Source of the DNA: Octopus sinensis
Taxonomy: Eukaryota
Assembly (NCBI RefSeq): GCF_006345805.1
Contig: NC_043014.1
Coordinates: 3,658,001 to 3,722,000, forward strand
Direction: 5' to 3'
DNA length: 64,000 nucleotides
The position numbers were made by a program, and so were the translations under genes. This document shows, in pieces, positions 27,750-42,705 of this stretch. Position 1 is the stretch's first letter, and every line of letters begins with the position of its first letter. Under the pieces are notes generated by a model, which was not told the origin of the DNA, made no database searches, and saw nothing but the letters and a program-made list of their open reading frames with translations.

Positions 27750-29200
27750 TCGTACTGTAAGTATATGCAGCAAACAGCGAGGTCAAATACAAATCCTTCC
27801 TAAGCAAATTCACCTCAGCTTCAGATATATTTGGGGTAAAGTCATTTGTCCTGCAAGGAGACTTCAGTCCACACCTTGGCACTGATAACCGTGGAAGGAA
27901 TGTCGTCAGTGAACTTAATGGGGAGGTCATAGCAGCTTTCTGTGCAGGATACACACTCTCCTCTCCATGGTATAGATATTATTTTAAGACAGGGATATTT
28001 ATAAGGGTGCCTGGTATAGAAATACTTGTGACAGAGGTTTCTGATAGAGTTCGGTCATCTTTCATTCTTTGCTGAACGTACGGGTAACAGGAAGGGGTGG
28101 AGTTGTCAATTCGTCCCTACCTAAATGTCTAAAAACCTGAAAATTCCTGCAGTCTGCCGAACATTGGAAATTGGTAAGTCCAGTGCGACCTACAGAATAC
28201 AGTTGGAAGCCGCAGTGGAGACTTTTGCATCCAAATTTAGAGTGACTCTCCTGAATGAACTTGGACATCGAAATGTATTCCTGATTGTATAATATTTTCG
28301 GCAGGTTCTTCTTCGGTGAGAACGCTTATTTGAGCTCAATTCAATTAAAAGTGGTAAAACTGCTGGTGAAAGCACGGTCGGCTTGATAGTTTAGAAAACT
28401 TAAATACAGATGGTATCTCTGAGTGACCCATGTATGCTAGGTGGATGGGACCTCTCGAAAAACACCAAGGCAATGGTAATATGGGGAGACAATCAACAAT
28501 CACAATTTTTCAAACGGAGACCAAAGAGTGTTCTAATTATAGAAAAGTCTACACTAGATGTCAGGAAAGTTATGTAGGGAAATTGTCGTGTCCGGGACGC
28601 AGTACATCCGACAAGAGAGTCGTTCAAAGACAGATCTTCCAGCAAACAGTGAAGCATTTCCAGTAGGAATACGCTGTAAACCACGAAAGGCACACGATCA
28701 CGTGCCCTGGGGCATGTTGTGGATGGTTTACCATGAAGGTGAGTTTATTGGGCAAATATTTGTCGCCATAAAATAATTATATGGATGTTCAAATGATTGT
28801 ATTTATGTAAATGTCGAAAAATTTCAACGTGAAGGTTTCCCTTAGTTGAAGTGTGCATTGTTAGCGCTCCTTCTCACATTCTTTTTGTGATCTGGTTGAA
28901 TATGCGCAGCCATTGTGGTGGAGGTATCCCAATTCCTCTCTACGTGATCGGTCGACTGGTATTTGTGGACGACATGCTGCTACCTGATTCGTCTGATGGT
29001 CACCAACAACCTGCATTGAATGGGTTAGCTGCCGTGTAACCCAAGGTAGGATTGACAAATATGCAATGTGTTGGAAAGTGGAACATCATTATTTCGTGTC
29101 TCTATTCACGAATGATTAGAAGCACAAGAGTGGACAGATTACTGAATTGTAGATATAAACGCAGTGAAGCGCCAGCTCGGGCATTTGATTCTCAAATGAA
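27750..29200 (+). mobile_element. Degenerate RTE-clade LINE, paralogous copy
   Basis: Same endonuclease and RT motifs (RLVFVDDMLL). Confidence 0.75.
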
Positions 29201-29699
29201 GAGGGCATTCCATGCTTTTCGTATGCAAGCCGGCGTGGCTCGCTCTGAGCACTCCAATTTTTTCACAGTGAACGTACCGGCCGCCTCGGACACTCGGCGA
29301 AGAGCACACTCGGGGGCACCGTGCGTGCAGAAACAATTCTCGACGTAGCACTGCAGATATACTCATATATACACAATAAATGCCTATAGTATAATGAATA
29401 ACATTTTATTTAGGAAATTATTGTAAAGTAGAACATATTCGAAAGAAATTCAGGTAAGTGTCTTAGTATATATTATTGTGGACATATGGATAGTAATGTG
29501 GAACTAATTCAAAGTTGGTGAAATTATAAATCATTGGTTAGGAGACACGGGTAAAAGACTTTAGCCATAAAATTATTTCTTACTTGGTGTGTCATCGGGT
29601 TTATCGTCGAGAGATTTCTTGGAGATGAAACGGTTCTGTGAAAAATAGAAATAGGATCATATAAATAGAACTTCAGGAATTTATTATCGTTTAGAACTT

Positions 29700-29985
29700 A
29701 AAAACAATGCAATAGATGACAACATATTCGGACAGGTATCATTGCCGGCAATACCATCTCAACCCTTTAGGAATCTTCTAGAAGGTGCTTCAATCCAGGC
29801 AAAGGATTTTCTGACAATATCAGACAATACAAATATGCATTTCAAATGACATCGTTTAGTGAATCTAAGAAAATAGATAAACATGAATTTACGCCGACGT
29901 CAAAGTTCAAGGGCAAGTCAATCCCCTCATTGGTTCCCTGGTAACCGCGAATGAACAACCACAGTTCCTCCAAATTTGCTCTATA
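29700..29985 (+). mobile_element. Helitron coding fragment
   Basis: Same block as 60040-60330. Confidence 0.6.
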
Positions 29986-30382
29986 GTGATGTATGACAAC
30001 AACCCGACGTGAGGTGTCAAAATTTCCGATGATGGGTCGTGTTAGACACAGCGCACACTGCTGCAAAGGAGAGTATATCCACTGACAGCTTTACGGTGCG
30101 TTCAAAATCACACAAAACCCAGCTCAAATTTTGCATGACAGGTTAGGGCCTGAAACACTCCAAACGACGCATAGCATGTTGCTTAGTCGAATTAGCCCAG
30201 CATTTACTCTACAAATGTTTTGCTGTAAATGTTGCACTTTCCCATATCACCTGTTTCAAAATGACTGGAATATATTATATACCAACTTTGCCATTTTAAT
30301 CCCCAAATGCCGGGTATGTCTGCTTTGTACACACACACAAACACACACCACACACACACACACATTTCTACACACACACACA

Positions 30383-30419
<37 letters not shown>

Positions 30420-31638
30420 TGTATAAATATAGTTAAATTTAATCCAACAAAAAAGCACAAAGAAACACATCAACGCGTGGACGTGGAACAAATATAGTAT
30501 TATTGGACGCTCAGGAAAAAAGGAAAGAGGAGGGTTTAACGTTTCGGGTGAGACTCTTCGTCGGAAACATACGAGAAGGAAGATCCAGAGGAGAGAAGAC
30601 AGAGGGAAAAGAATCGCCAACAGTACACCCGCGGTCACATTTGAATGACCGGAAGGAATGGGTGAAGAAAAGTACTTTCAAAGACAGGAGAGAGGTAGAG
30701 GAGGAGGAATGTGTGTGTAAGTGTGGATAAGAGCGTGCGCGGAGGTCTGCGTGTTCGTGTGTGTGTATGTGTGTATGTATACAATAATGACAAGTTTGTG
30801 TGTGCATGTGTGTGTATAAGTGTGTGTGGTTGTGGCTGTTAAACTTTGCGTGTTGTAGGGCTAGTAGTGTTAAGGTCAAGGAAGAAGGAATTGGGCGTGG
30901 CTCTTTTTGTCTCTACCACAGGTCAAGTAGTAGGTACTGCTAGTTTGAAGTATGTGTGTGTGTGCGTGTATATTGTATCGTGTGTGTTTTGTTTGTAGTG
31001 TGTGGTGTGTGCATGTGTGTGTGTTCGTGTGTGTAGGCGTAGAGTTAGGGTGTGTGGGAATAACTGTGCTTTACATAGTGTATGTGTGCGTGTGTTTGTA
31101 TGTGTGTATGTGTGCAATGATGACACGTGTGTGTGTGGTGTGTGAGTTTGGGTGTGTGGCGAATAACTTTGCGTCTGTGTGTATACATGTATGTATAATT
31201 GTGTGCGTGTATGTATAATTGTGTGCCGTGTGTATGGGATGTATGTGTGGGTTCATTTGTGTGTGTGTGGTATGTATGTGCGTGCATCTCGTATGTGCGT
31301 GTAGTTGTGTGTGCGTGTACATGTGCGTTTGTTATGTGTGTGTGTGTAAGCGTATATGGGTGTATATACGTGTATCCGTGGGGTTTGTGAGTTTTCGGTG
31401 TGTGCATTCGTGTGCGTGTGTGCATTTGCGTGCCAATGTTTTGCGTGCGTGAGTGTGTCTGTATCTATATGTGTTACGTATGTGTATGTGTATGTGTGCG
31501 CGTGTAGGCATATATTGGTGTTGTATAATATGTATCGGTGTGTATGTCTATTGTACATGCGTGCGTATGTGTGGGTTTTAGGAGTTGTGTGGTGGGCGTT
31601 ATGTGCGCGCGGTGCTTGTGTGCTATATAAATGCCTGC

Positions 31639-31920
31639 GTGGAGGCGCAGTGGCCCAGTGGTTAGGGCTGCGGACCAACGCTTGTAGGATCGCGGTTTCG
31701 ATTCCCAGACTGGGCGTTGTGTGTGTTTAAAGCTCCACGAGCTCGGGAGTGGGTTGTTGTGATCTCTGCTGTACTCTTTCGCTACAAATTTCTCCCTTTC
31801 TTCTGTTGGCCTGCTCGCTTAGCCAGCGGGGTGGCGTCATTTGAAGGCTAAAACAATGCGAAGCGCATTGTGACCAGCGATATGTAGCAACATATCTGCA
31901 ACGGTGATCACGGAGATATA
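31639..31920 (+). mobile_element. Family-1 SINE in inverted orientation
   Basis: Same SINE, on the plus strand within a local inversion. Confidence 0.75.
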
Positions 31921-32092
31921 TGTATCATTCGCACACACACATACACACACATACACACATACATACACACACACCAGCACAGATGCCCACAATACTCATA
32001 CAGATACGCACACACTTATTTACACATGGGCACAGACTAACACGCACATACACGTGCTTAAGCGCACACAAGCACGCGCACGCCCATAACGC

Positions 32093-32130
<38 letters not shown>

Positions 32131-32884
32131 TATATATATATATAATACATATCAATATATAGGTATGCACGTGTACTTAGGCATACACACAATAAATATC
32201 ACAAATATACGTATCTACTTATACGCATACACACACCATACCCCCACATATATGTGAGTGGACATACACTGTATAGTGTGATTGTTCGTGTACAATTGAG
32301 CACGTGTGTCTGTGTGCGTGCGTATGTGTGTGTTTGTGTTTATTTGTGCGTTTGTTTGTCCGTGTGTCTGTGTGTATGTATTTACATTCGTTCTTACATA
32401 TTGTCATATATAAAAACCAACGTGAATTACAGTCAAACATTACGAAATTCACCGAACTACATTGGCACTCGCACGTTTTATTTTAAGTTGGAAAGAAAAG
32501 ATTAAAAAAACTCGCCTCACTTCCGTTCCTGATGGAGAGAAATAGATAAATGTGTGTAAATATGTACGTATTCCGATGTGTGCGTGTGTGTGTGTGTTTG
32601 TATGTGTCTGTTTCTGTGCGTGTGCGCAAGTGTACATCTAGATATAATACTTAACACTAATATTAATAGGGCTAAACGTTGCAGCGACAGGGCATGGCCA
32701 TGCTAGAACCCCACCATTAGATTTTTTTCATTACGCACTTATTTCCCTCTCCAGGATTATGTCTGGTGAAAGAGCGATCGACAGGAGTACAATTCCACCC
32801 TTCTTTGTGTTTCCTTGGGATGTGTGTATATGTATATATAAGTATATATATATATATATATATATCCATATATATATATTATAT

Positions 32885-32894
32885 ATAGATAGAT

Positions 32895-32943
<49 letters not shown>

Positions 32944-32989
32944 CAGATAGATAGATAGATAGATAGGGAGATAAATAGATAGATAGATC

Positions 32990-33033
<44 letters not shown>

Positions 33034-33071
33034 AGATAGATTGATAGATAGATAGATAGATAGATAGATAC

Positions 33072-33109
<38 letters not shown>

Positions 33110-33150
33110 ATAGATATGTAGATAAATAGATTGATAGATAGATATGTATG
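32885..33150 (+). repeat. (TAGA)n array; also ~6300-6375, 19225-19330 and 45905-45990
   Basis: Seen directly. Confidence 0.95.
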
Positions 33151-33204
33151 TACATACATACGTAACTATATATGTGTGTATGTATATATGATATACTTAT
33201 TACT

Positions 33205-33615
33205 CTCTCTTTTACTCTTACTTGTTTCAGTAATTTGACTGCGGCCATGCTGGAGCACCGCCTTTAGTCGAGCAAATCGACCCCGTGACTTATTCTTTGT
33301 AAGCCCAGTACTTATTCTATCAGTCTCTTTTGCCGAACCGCTAAGTGACGGGGACGTAAACACACCAGCATCAATTGTCAAGCAATGCTAGGGGGACAAA
33401 CACAGACACACAAACACACACACATACACGCACACACATATATATATACATATATACGACAGGCTTCTGTCAGTTTCGGTCTACCAAATCCACTCACCAG
33501 GCATTGGTCGGCCCGGGGATATAGCAGAAGACACTTGCCCAAGATGCAGTGGGACTGAACCCAGAACCATGTGGTTGGTTAGGAAGCTACTTACCACACA
33601 CTCACTCCTGCGCCT
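33205..33615 (-). mobile_element. Family-2 SINE, full length
   Basis: Homologous to 10980-11394. Confidence 0.75.
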
Positions 33616-33639
33616 ATATGTATATATATATATATATAT

Positions 33640-33673
<34 letters not shown>

Positions 33674-33807
33674 TAGATGTATATATAGATGTATATATAG
33701 ATGTATAGCACACATAGTGTGTATGTATCTATGTTTAATGTACTTGTCTGTTATTGTCGCACCGCCATGTCAGTAAATTTGGTAGATTGAGACTGAAAGA
33801 AGGATGC

Positions 33808-33866
<59 letters not shown>

Positions 33867-34117
33867 ACACTCAGATGTGTGTGTATGTATGTATCTATGT
33901 ATTATGTATGTGTCTGTGATTGTCGCACCACAATCGCTTCTCAAGTGATGTCGGTGTGTTTACGTCCCCGTTACATAGCGGTTCGGCTACAGATACCGAT
34001 AGAATGAGCACTCGGCTTACAAAGAATAATTCCTGAAGTCGATTTGTCCTACTAAACGCAGTGCTCTAGCATGGCCGCAGTCAAATGACTGAAACGGGTA
34101 AAAGAATATATTTATAT

Positions 34118-34166
<49 letters not shown>

Positions 34167-34604
34167 TATATATATAGATAAATAGAGAGAGAGAGGGATA
34201 GACAGAGAGATACAGTGATAGATACACACACGCATATATTTGTTTGTATATATATATATCTATATATGTTCACGCACTAATATATTCATATATATGAATA
34301 TTTATATATACATATATATGTATATTATATATACAAATATATGTATATGTATATATATGTATGTTTAAGTGTGTGCGCCTGTGTGTTCGTGTGTGATTAC
34401 GTGTGTGATCTTATGTGTGTGTGTGTGTGCTCCATAGGAACATATGTAAGTGATTCATGCATACATCCTTACATCCATCCATCCATCGGTACGTACATAC
34501 ATCCACATATTAATACATACATACGTAAATGCATACATACATACATGCATATATAAATACATAAAGACATACATGCATATATTAACACAAAATCCATGAC
34601 TTAC

Positions 34605-34748
34605 CGTTTTCGATTCCTCTTCCATTTTTCCTATTCTTGAATCTTGATGAAGAATCACGATCGTCAGAACGAGAAGAACCCCAAAAGCTATGAGAGAAGA
34701 AATGGAATAACGCTGCGAAATATTCCTGGACAGTTGTGCGAAATCCAT
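34605..34748 (-). CDS. Copy B exon 1 (signal anchor)
   Basis: Open 144-nt exon MDFAQ...EEESKT with GTAAGT donor. Confidence 0.75.
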
Positions 34749-37208
34749 TCTGGTGACAGTTGTCGGTCGTACGTGATACTTCGTGTGGCTTCAACAAAAG
34801 ATCGAGATGCGAGGTTTAAGCTGAAGACCTGTAACTGAATTCCACGTATTTATTGAGCGCACAACGACCCAGCTCTGGCATAGATCTTATCGTAAATTAT
34901 GAACCAATGCGATTGGTGGAACTGTAAAAGCGGGCGTGAACTTGTCTGACAGGTTTAATTATTGGAAAGAGATGGTTTGATATTGTCACACAATAATTAG
35001 CAAAATATGTTGATGAATGAGAGACACGTGTAAAGTGAAATGATTCCTGTTTCTGGATATATTATGATATATTTATTTACTAATGTTGTTATTTAATTTT
35101 ATTTGTAATTATTGGGAAAATGTTTTAATATTCATTGTGGGAAGTATTTCGTTCAACCGACAAATACACTGACACACATACACACGCACACACTCTCATA
35201 GAGACTCACAAATACACACACACTGATATACACACACATACACACTGACACACACACACACGCACACTGACATACACACACACACACACACAAACACACA
35301 CACTGACATATACACACACACAAACACACACAATGACACAATCACACACTGACACACTTACACACACACTGACACACACACACAAACACTCACACAATGG
35401 CTCACACACACTGACACACACATACAAACACATACACACAGACACACACACAGATACACACCCAGAGACACTGACACTCACACAAACTGACACACACACT
35501 CACACACTCACACACTCACACACACACACACAAATATGCGGAAAATGCGGGCACGTACGAGCGACCGCAGTTACTATTGGAGCACAAGGTTGAAGTCAAC
35601 TTCTCTAGCGAAGAATTTATGAAAGAGAAATACCGAAGGGAGGTAACTCACGACAGACTCCAGCCTGGCGCTCTAATGGCGTCACTTACTCGTTGTTGTT
35701 GACTATGTTTAAGTTAAAGCTATGGCTTTAAGTTTGTCCAGATATTCCCTTCTTCGGTATTTTCTTTTGATAACGACTGTACTGGAACCCGATAGGGAGC
35801 AGCACTGGACTGATATGCTGTTTTTGCAGCTTTTTGCACAGAATTTGCGTTTAGAGTTTGAAATATGCCATTAGCACATTTTAACGAACCTAAAAATTGC
35901 TTATGCCTAATACTGAGCGCTAATACTGTTCACTGGAAACGCCATGTTGAATGTTTCCATATATTCATTTGTCAGTTGGGCATTTTGTGCTTTCATATTA
36001 CTTAATTATTATTCTTTTTCTCTAGCTTTTTCACAATCGAGCATTCTTATGGCACGCAATTAATCGGACAAAAAACGTGCTGCCACCCACAGATCCCTCT
36101 TTCCACGGATACCTTCGTTTATGTGGCAGCCATTCTACAAACTCCCACATACAAGGAGCAATCATGCTGGGTAGAGTGTGAAAGACTCAACATGTTGCAC
36201 TGATTCCACCTAATGTATATTTTATAAGTGGTGTTCCTTCCCTTACTAAGTCGTTTATGTGTGTTACAGTTATTGTATGCATGTATCTCGAAGCAAGTTC
36301 CTCTTCTGCGAGTTTGATAGTTTTATATTACAGACGGAGATAATTTGTTGAACTTGATGTTTTGTGGTGTTGCTGTAGATTCGGTTGATGCTGTTCCTGA
36401 AGTCTACTCATATTTCTTGGTGGTTTCATATTTTATTTTGGCACATAAGATTTCAGGGAACGATGAGAGGCTGCGTGTGTAATGTGATGCGAGGCTGTGT
36501 GTGTGTGATTTTTGTAGAAAAGCGGGAATATGTGAATGTAGGTTGAAAATAGTTCATCGTGGGACGTGTACTTGTACCCTTGTCGAAAGTGTTTCGTGAA
36601 AGCTTCAATGTGTTAGTAACCTGACAAGTAGTTAGGTAGTCAACATTTTGTGGTATTTCTTCAGTGGATATCAAATATCCTTTATTAGGTAATATCCGTG
36701 ATTGGATTGCAGAGCTTTCATCGCATCGATGGTAGTTACAATGATACGTATGGGAGTATTTTTTTATTAAACCATCATGATTTAGTGATGTTAGTTATAA
36801 GCTTTTATCGTGTTTTCTGAAGATTGATCATGAAAGAGTGATATATTTGTACGGAGGTGTTTCATTTTGGGATTGTTTTCATTTTAAGACGGAATACAAC
36901 ACACATTTAAACGAATAATCATTTTATTTCAACATTTAAATTTGATAAATTGAACCTCATACAATGTATTCTAGAATCATTCCCTGAGGATTACATCGTT
37001 CTGTTAAGCTATTTGTCACATTCTATGACGTCTCTGTTGTTTCGTTTTGAATATTTTCTGAAAACTTGTAGCAGCAATTTATTTACGACATATTAGTCGA
37101 TAAAATATTGCGTAACACAATTACAAGAAACGTATATATTGCTTTATTATATTTTATTTTATGATTCGCCGACATAAATTTTCATATAGAAACGAATGTA
37201 AATTCGAT

Positions 37209-37704
37209 TCAGTATTTACTGCACACAACGCAGGTTAATTCTCGACCATTGACATACGGTGGACATGGCAATGAACCACAAGCAGCCTGAACGAAATACA
37301 GTAGAGCTCCGTTTTCGTTCCTGTAACCTGCTGGATCAGCTTCTGGTGCATAGTCCACACACACATGTTCATGTCTGCCCTTATGATCATAACGCTCGGT
37401 CATCAAATATCCTGAATACTCAGCTGTCCAACCAGGGTAACACTGTGTCCTGGCTGGTAACATCATTACAACAGCAGGTTGTCGTGTCAAACAGACAGCG
37501 CACGGAACGTTTGTTCAAAAATTGATTCGGCGTTAGCAAATGAAAAGAGTTTATTCGTTGGTATAAATCTAATTGATATTCACTGCCATAAATGTAATCA
37601 CATTTTTCAACTTCTGTAGTATAATTTGCCCAAATGGGATCATTAGGCAGACATAAGAGATTACTCCCCACCAGTATGGGAATAATGCTGTCCACCAGCC
37701 ACAC
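37209..37704 (-). pseudogene. Copy C terminal C4-like exon, frameshifted
   Basis: Homologous terminal exon of 496 nt; the reading frame switches between ORFs 37420-37704 and 37209-37490. Confidence 0.75.
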
Positions 37705-37912
37705 CTAGAATTGGTAAGAATAAATCAAGTAAAAAGATATTAAGCAAAATTATATATGAAATAACGGAAACATTCATTACAATTTGAGACCGAAAGGAAG
37801 TCATGTTTAGTAACGTGTGGTCGAATTTTGGTGTATATATGATAGTGTTTATGTGAGTGTAAGCAGTGTTGCTGTATGCATTAGATCATAGCTGTGCATT
37901 AGCATTCTCTTC

Positions 37913-37967
<55 letters not shown>

Positions 37968-37969
37968 AG

Positions 37970-38819
37970 TAAGCAACAAGGATTTCCAGAGATAATGCAG
38001 TACGATTGTTTCATGCAACTCCATTTAATTGAACAATACAATCATTACATCAATTTAAAATATAGAGCAATTTTCAGTTGCACCAATACATAGGATTTAA
38101 TTAAATTAAAACAGATTGACACATTAGTATAATTATACCTAAAATTTCCAAGAAGTTAAGGAGATACACAAAGAACATGTTGAACAATTTCTATCCTTTT
38201 GTTATAATATTTTTCTTAATAATCCTTTGGAAAACCTTAAACATCAACTGTATTCATAGCAACATTGTTTAAAATATTTAACTATAATATATGATAAGAC
38301 CTTCCGTTTCATTGTCAATAGTCTGCCAGTGTGCGACCCCCTTAATTATCAGCTAACACCTTGTTTTAAGTTTTCCCTTACTAAACCTCATGGTATTGCT
38401 ATAATAATTCTCTTGATTTTTTATGACTATACCAACTAGAATGTCTATCTACTCCCTAAGCCCTCCCCTAAAAGATACTTCCCTATGTTCTCTCAGGCTT
38501 AGATATACAAAGGATTTGTAATTAGTCTATAAATTAAAAAACTGACCCCATAAAGACAAAAAGTGAGTGGTAAGCTGAGTCTTCTTGATAATTTTAGTAA
38601 CTGCTATGCTGAAATAGAGACATGTTCTATGTAATATCTTGGAGATTTTAAGTATAATTATACAAATGTGTCCATCTGTTGTAATTTAATTAAATCCTAA
38701 GTATTTTGCAGCTGAAATTTGCTCTAAATTTTAAACTGATGTAATGATTGCATTGTTGAATTAAATGGAGTTGCATGAAACGAACGTACTGCATTATCTC
38801 TGGATATCATCGTTGCTTA
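37970..38819. mobile_element. ~850-bp MITE-like insertion with ~115-120-bp imperfect TIRs, copy C intron only
   Basis: 37970-38092 and 38707-38819 are inverted copies; flanked by (TA)n. Confidence 0.75.
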
Positions 38820-40192
38820 TTTTAATTTTAATCACCATACTTTGAAATTGTATGGATAATGCCGTACTAAATTCTGGAGCCTCAACTTAAGTAACATATT
38901 CATCTGAATCAATATATATATATTATATATTATATATATATATATATATTATAATATATAATATATATAATATATATTAATATATATTATATATATAATA
39001 TATATGTAGGTATATGTATATATATGTTGTGTGTATACGGGTAAGTATTTGGGGCTACGATGTGGATTATTATGTAGGTTTGCATGGGGAAGTGTTTTTG
39101 CGTGAATGTAAATAAAGAAGGAGAAAAAGAAAGGAATTCGGTAACGCATATACTCGTGTTTACCCGAAGTAGAAAAGGTGTTCACGAGTGAACGGGGATA
39201 TTTTTGGTGATGGAGTCGGCGACCGATAAATTATACGTGTAGGGTTTATAAAGAGCAGATTCAGAGTATTTTAAAGGAATGAAAGTTTGATTGGGGACGC
39301 AGTTTCTAGCAGCAGTTTTGAATTGGAAGTGTCGTAATTACCTTACAAATATATACTGGATAATTAATGAGGTGATGTGGTGCATGAAAAGATCAAGGTT
39401 TTAGCGATAGGACGATTTCGGTGAGGCGGAGAAGAAGAGAAGTGCATTCTGTACTCTGTTGTGTTCTCTCACTAATATTTAGTCTCTCTATATTTTACTT
39501 AATGAATAAAGTCCTTAGCTTTTTCCATCAGTTACAGCATGTGGCTTGTCCAGTCCTCATTCTACATTGTACGTTCATTTCATTAATAATTTACAGTCAC
39601 TGTCATCAATTCTAATAGACTCTATTCAATTTAGCCCACACCTACGATCATTGGGCACTCTAGTTAATGATAGTCAAGTGGCCTCTTTTCAGCTCTGGTC
39701 ACTCACGTACAATACCACCATCCGTAGCCAGTACAATTGATCACCAGTTAGCAGCCTCGGTATTTGATATCTACAATCCAAAGCTGGTCAGCCTGATATT
39801 CTTGATCGCCATGGTGGTTTTTTTAGTCCAGCCCCTATCTGTAATTTATCGTAGAGATATCTATATTCTGTGGTTAGACAACATCCTTTTCACTTGGTCC
39901 GTAGTAGACAACATATAATATTCTGATTTGACCAAATACCTACAAAGGTTAAGCAGTCTTGTGTAGTGTCTGTATAGTCTACAGGTATAGGCGTTTGAAA
40001 CGTGACATATCATAAAAGGATTTGAGAATGTTTATGTCAGACAACCCGACAAAGGGTAAGTGTGTGTGCGTGTGCGTGAGAGAGAGGGTGAGAGTGAAAG
40101 AGAGGCAACAAAAAGAGAGAATGAGAGGTATAAAAAGAGAACAAGAGAAAAACAAAAGAGAATGAGGGGTCGGAAATATAAAGTATACTAAC

Positions 40193-40267
40193 CGTCATAT
40201 ACAAGGTTTGAATAAGGAGGACAAGTTGTTCAGCCCCACCGGGTATACAATGATCCGAGACCAGGTT
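40193..40267 (-). pseudogene. Copy C penultimate exon with in-frame TGA (WG-stop-TTC)
   Basis: AGA to TGA at 40230-40232; splice sites intact. Confidence 0.8.
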
Positions 40268-41199
40268 CTGTGATATTAAAATGAAATAATGTAGTTTAAA
40301 AGAAAGAATTGGGGGATCATTTACAAAGTAGATTGTTGGATGGGAAGGAATTGATGGAGAAGAGAGAAATATAGAATTTAAGAAAGAACGAGTGAATGAA
40401 AGTCAGAACGAAAGATGTAAATAATAAGAATAAATTGTAAAGAAAGAAAAAAGACATTTGTCTGTTGAGCCTGTTGGTGACGTTGATGTCAAAGATTTGA
40501 GAGATTAATCTCAGGATATCAGAATGTGTATCGGTCTCCGCAATGAACGAATGTATGTATGATACGTAAACTTGGGTATGAGTATATATACTTCTCAATA
40601 GAATAATGATAAAACTCAATAGAATAACGATAGAATATTCGCCAGTTGCGAATATTCATCGGTCAATTACAAATATCAGTTTGGAGCTCGGCGCAAATAT
40701 GGCCATCATAACTACACTATGAAAATAACAACCATACCGAATCATTTGTCGATTTAGTTAAAAGACATCGCATCCGGATCTCGTGGAAAGGAGTCCGGTC
40801 GATAAATGTATAGCACACACCAACCAATACTGGTGCAACCAGCAAGAAGTCTGTAACTTAATCTGGGGTGCGTGGGGTGGGAGTACAAAATTGACGGTCT
40901 CAGGAAACCGAAGCAGATCAAGAAGGGAAACAACCTTTAATAATTGAGAATTAAAACGTCAAAATTGTTAGATATAATCTGCCTGTAAGATATAATCGGT
41001 GTCTCCTCTATAAAATTTCGTTTCTCCGATAGCGTACACTTGGATATAGGCTTGAAACTCCACTACACAACTGTGGTGCCAACAATGTCTGCACAGGTGG
41101 GATTAGGATACTCCCAATCCCCAGCTTTCGGATTGTAGTATTGAGTCAAACCTACTAGGTGTGAGGGTTCACCTCTTGAAGCTAAGGCTGAATATGGAG

Positions 41200-42312
41200 G
41201 ACCACTGTGGCTGCTGTTAGTATATGCAGCAAACAGCGAGGTCAAATACAAATCCTTCCTAAGCAAATTCACCTCAGCTTTAGATATATTTGGGGTAAAG
41301 TCATTTGTCCTGCAAGGAGACTTCAGTGCACACCTTGGCACTGATAAACTTGAGAAGGATTGATTGGAAGGAATGTCGTCAGTGAACTTAATGGACAGGT
41401 CATAGCAACCTTCTGTGCAGGATACACACTCTCCTCTCTATGGTAAAGATATTATTTTAAGACAGGGATATTTATAAGGGTGCCTGGTATAGAAATACTT
41501 GGTGACAGAGGTATTTGATAGATTTCGGTCATCTTTCACTCTTTGCTGAACGTTCGGGTAAGAGGAGGGGTGGAGTTGTCAACTCGTCACTACCTAAATG
41601 TCCAAAAACCTGAAAATTCCTACAGTCTGCCGAACACTGGAAATTGGTAAGGCGTGGATGCTGGGATCAGAAACAAAAATGTGGAGACTTTTGCATCCAA
41701 ATTGAGAGTGACCCTCCTGAATTAAGTTGAACATCGAAATGGATTTGTGATTGTATTATTTTTTTGGGCAGGTTCTTCTTCGTTTGAACGCTTATTTGAG
41801 CTAAACTCACTTAAATGTGATAAAACTGCTTGTGAAAAGCAGGTTCGGCTTGATATTTTAGAAGCCTTAAATACAGATTGTATTCTCTGAGTAACCCATG
41901 TACGCTAGGTCGATGAGACCTCTGGAAAAACACCAAGGCAATGGTAATATGTGGTGACAATAACAATTTTTTCAAACAAAACCAAAGAGTGTGTTCTAAT
42001 TATAGAAAAGTCTAAACTAGATTTCAGGAAACGATATGTAGGGAAGTTGTCGTGCTAAAGGTTACTGTCCGGGACACAGTACACCCGACCTTTTAGACGA
42101 TCAAAGACAGATCTTCCAGCAAACATTGAAATATTTCCAAGGGGAATACGCTGTAAACCACAGCGCAGCCATTGTGGTAGAGGTATCCCAATTCATCTCT
42201 ACGTGATCAGTCGACTGTTATTTGTAGACGACATGCTGCTACCTAATTCGTCTGATGGTCACCAACAACGTGCACTGAATTGGTTGGCTGCCGAGTACCC
42301 AAAGGCAGGATT
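41200..42312 (+). mobile_element. Degenerate RTE-clade LINE, paralogous copy with internal deletions
   Basis: Same motifs; deletions at ~42160 and ~42313. Confidence 0.7.
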
Positions 42313-42419
42313 CGGGTTTATCGTCGAGAGATTTCTTGGAGATGAAACGGTTCTGTGAAAAAATAGAAATAGCATCATATAAATAGAATTTCAGAGTATT
42401 TATTATCGTTTAGAACTTA

Positions 42420-42705
42420 AAACAATGCAATAGATGACAACATATTCGGACAGGTATCATTGCCAACACTACCATCTCAACCCCTAAGGAATCTTTTAGA
42501 AGGCGCTTCAATCCAGTCAAAGGATTTTCTGAACAATATCAGAGAATACAACTCTGCATTTCAAATGACATCGTTTGGTGAATCTAAGAAGATAGATAAA
42601 CATGAATTTACGCCGACGTCAAAGTTCAAGGGCAAGTCTATCCCCTCATTGGTTCTCTGGTACCCGCGAATGAACAACCACAGTTCCTCCAAATTTACTC
42701 TATAA
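42420..42705 (+). mobile_element. Helitron coding fragment
   Basis: PLRNLLEG...KDFLNNIREYNSAFQMTSFG...FKVQGQVY-like...PQFLQIY resembles the Helitron N-terminal region. Confidence 0.7.
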
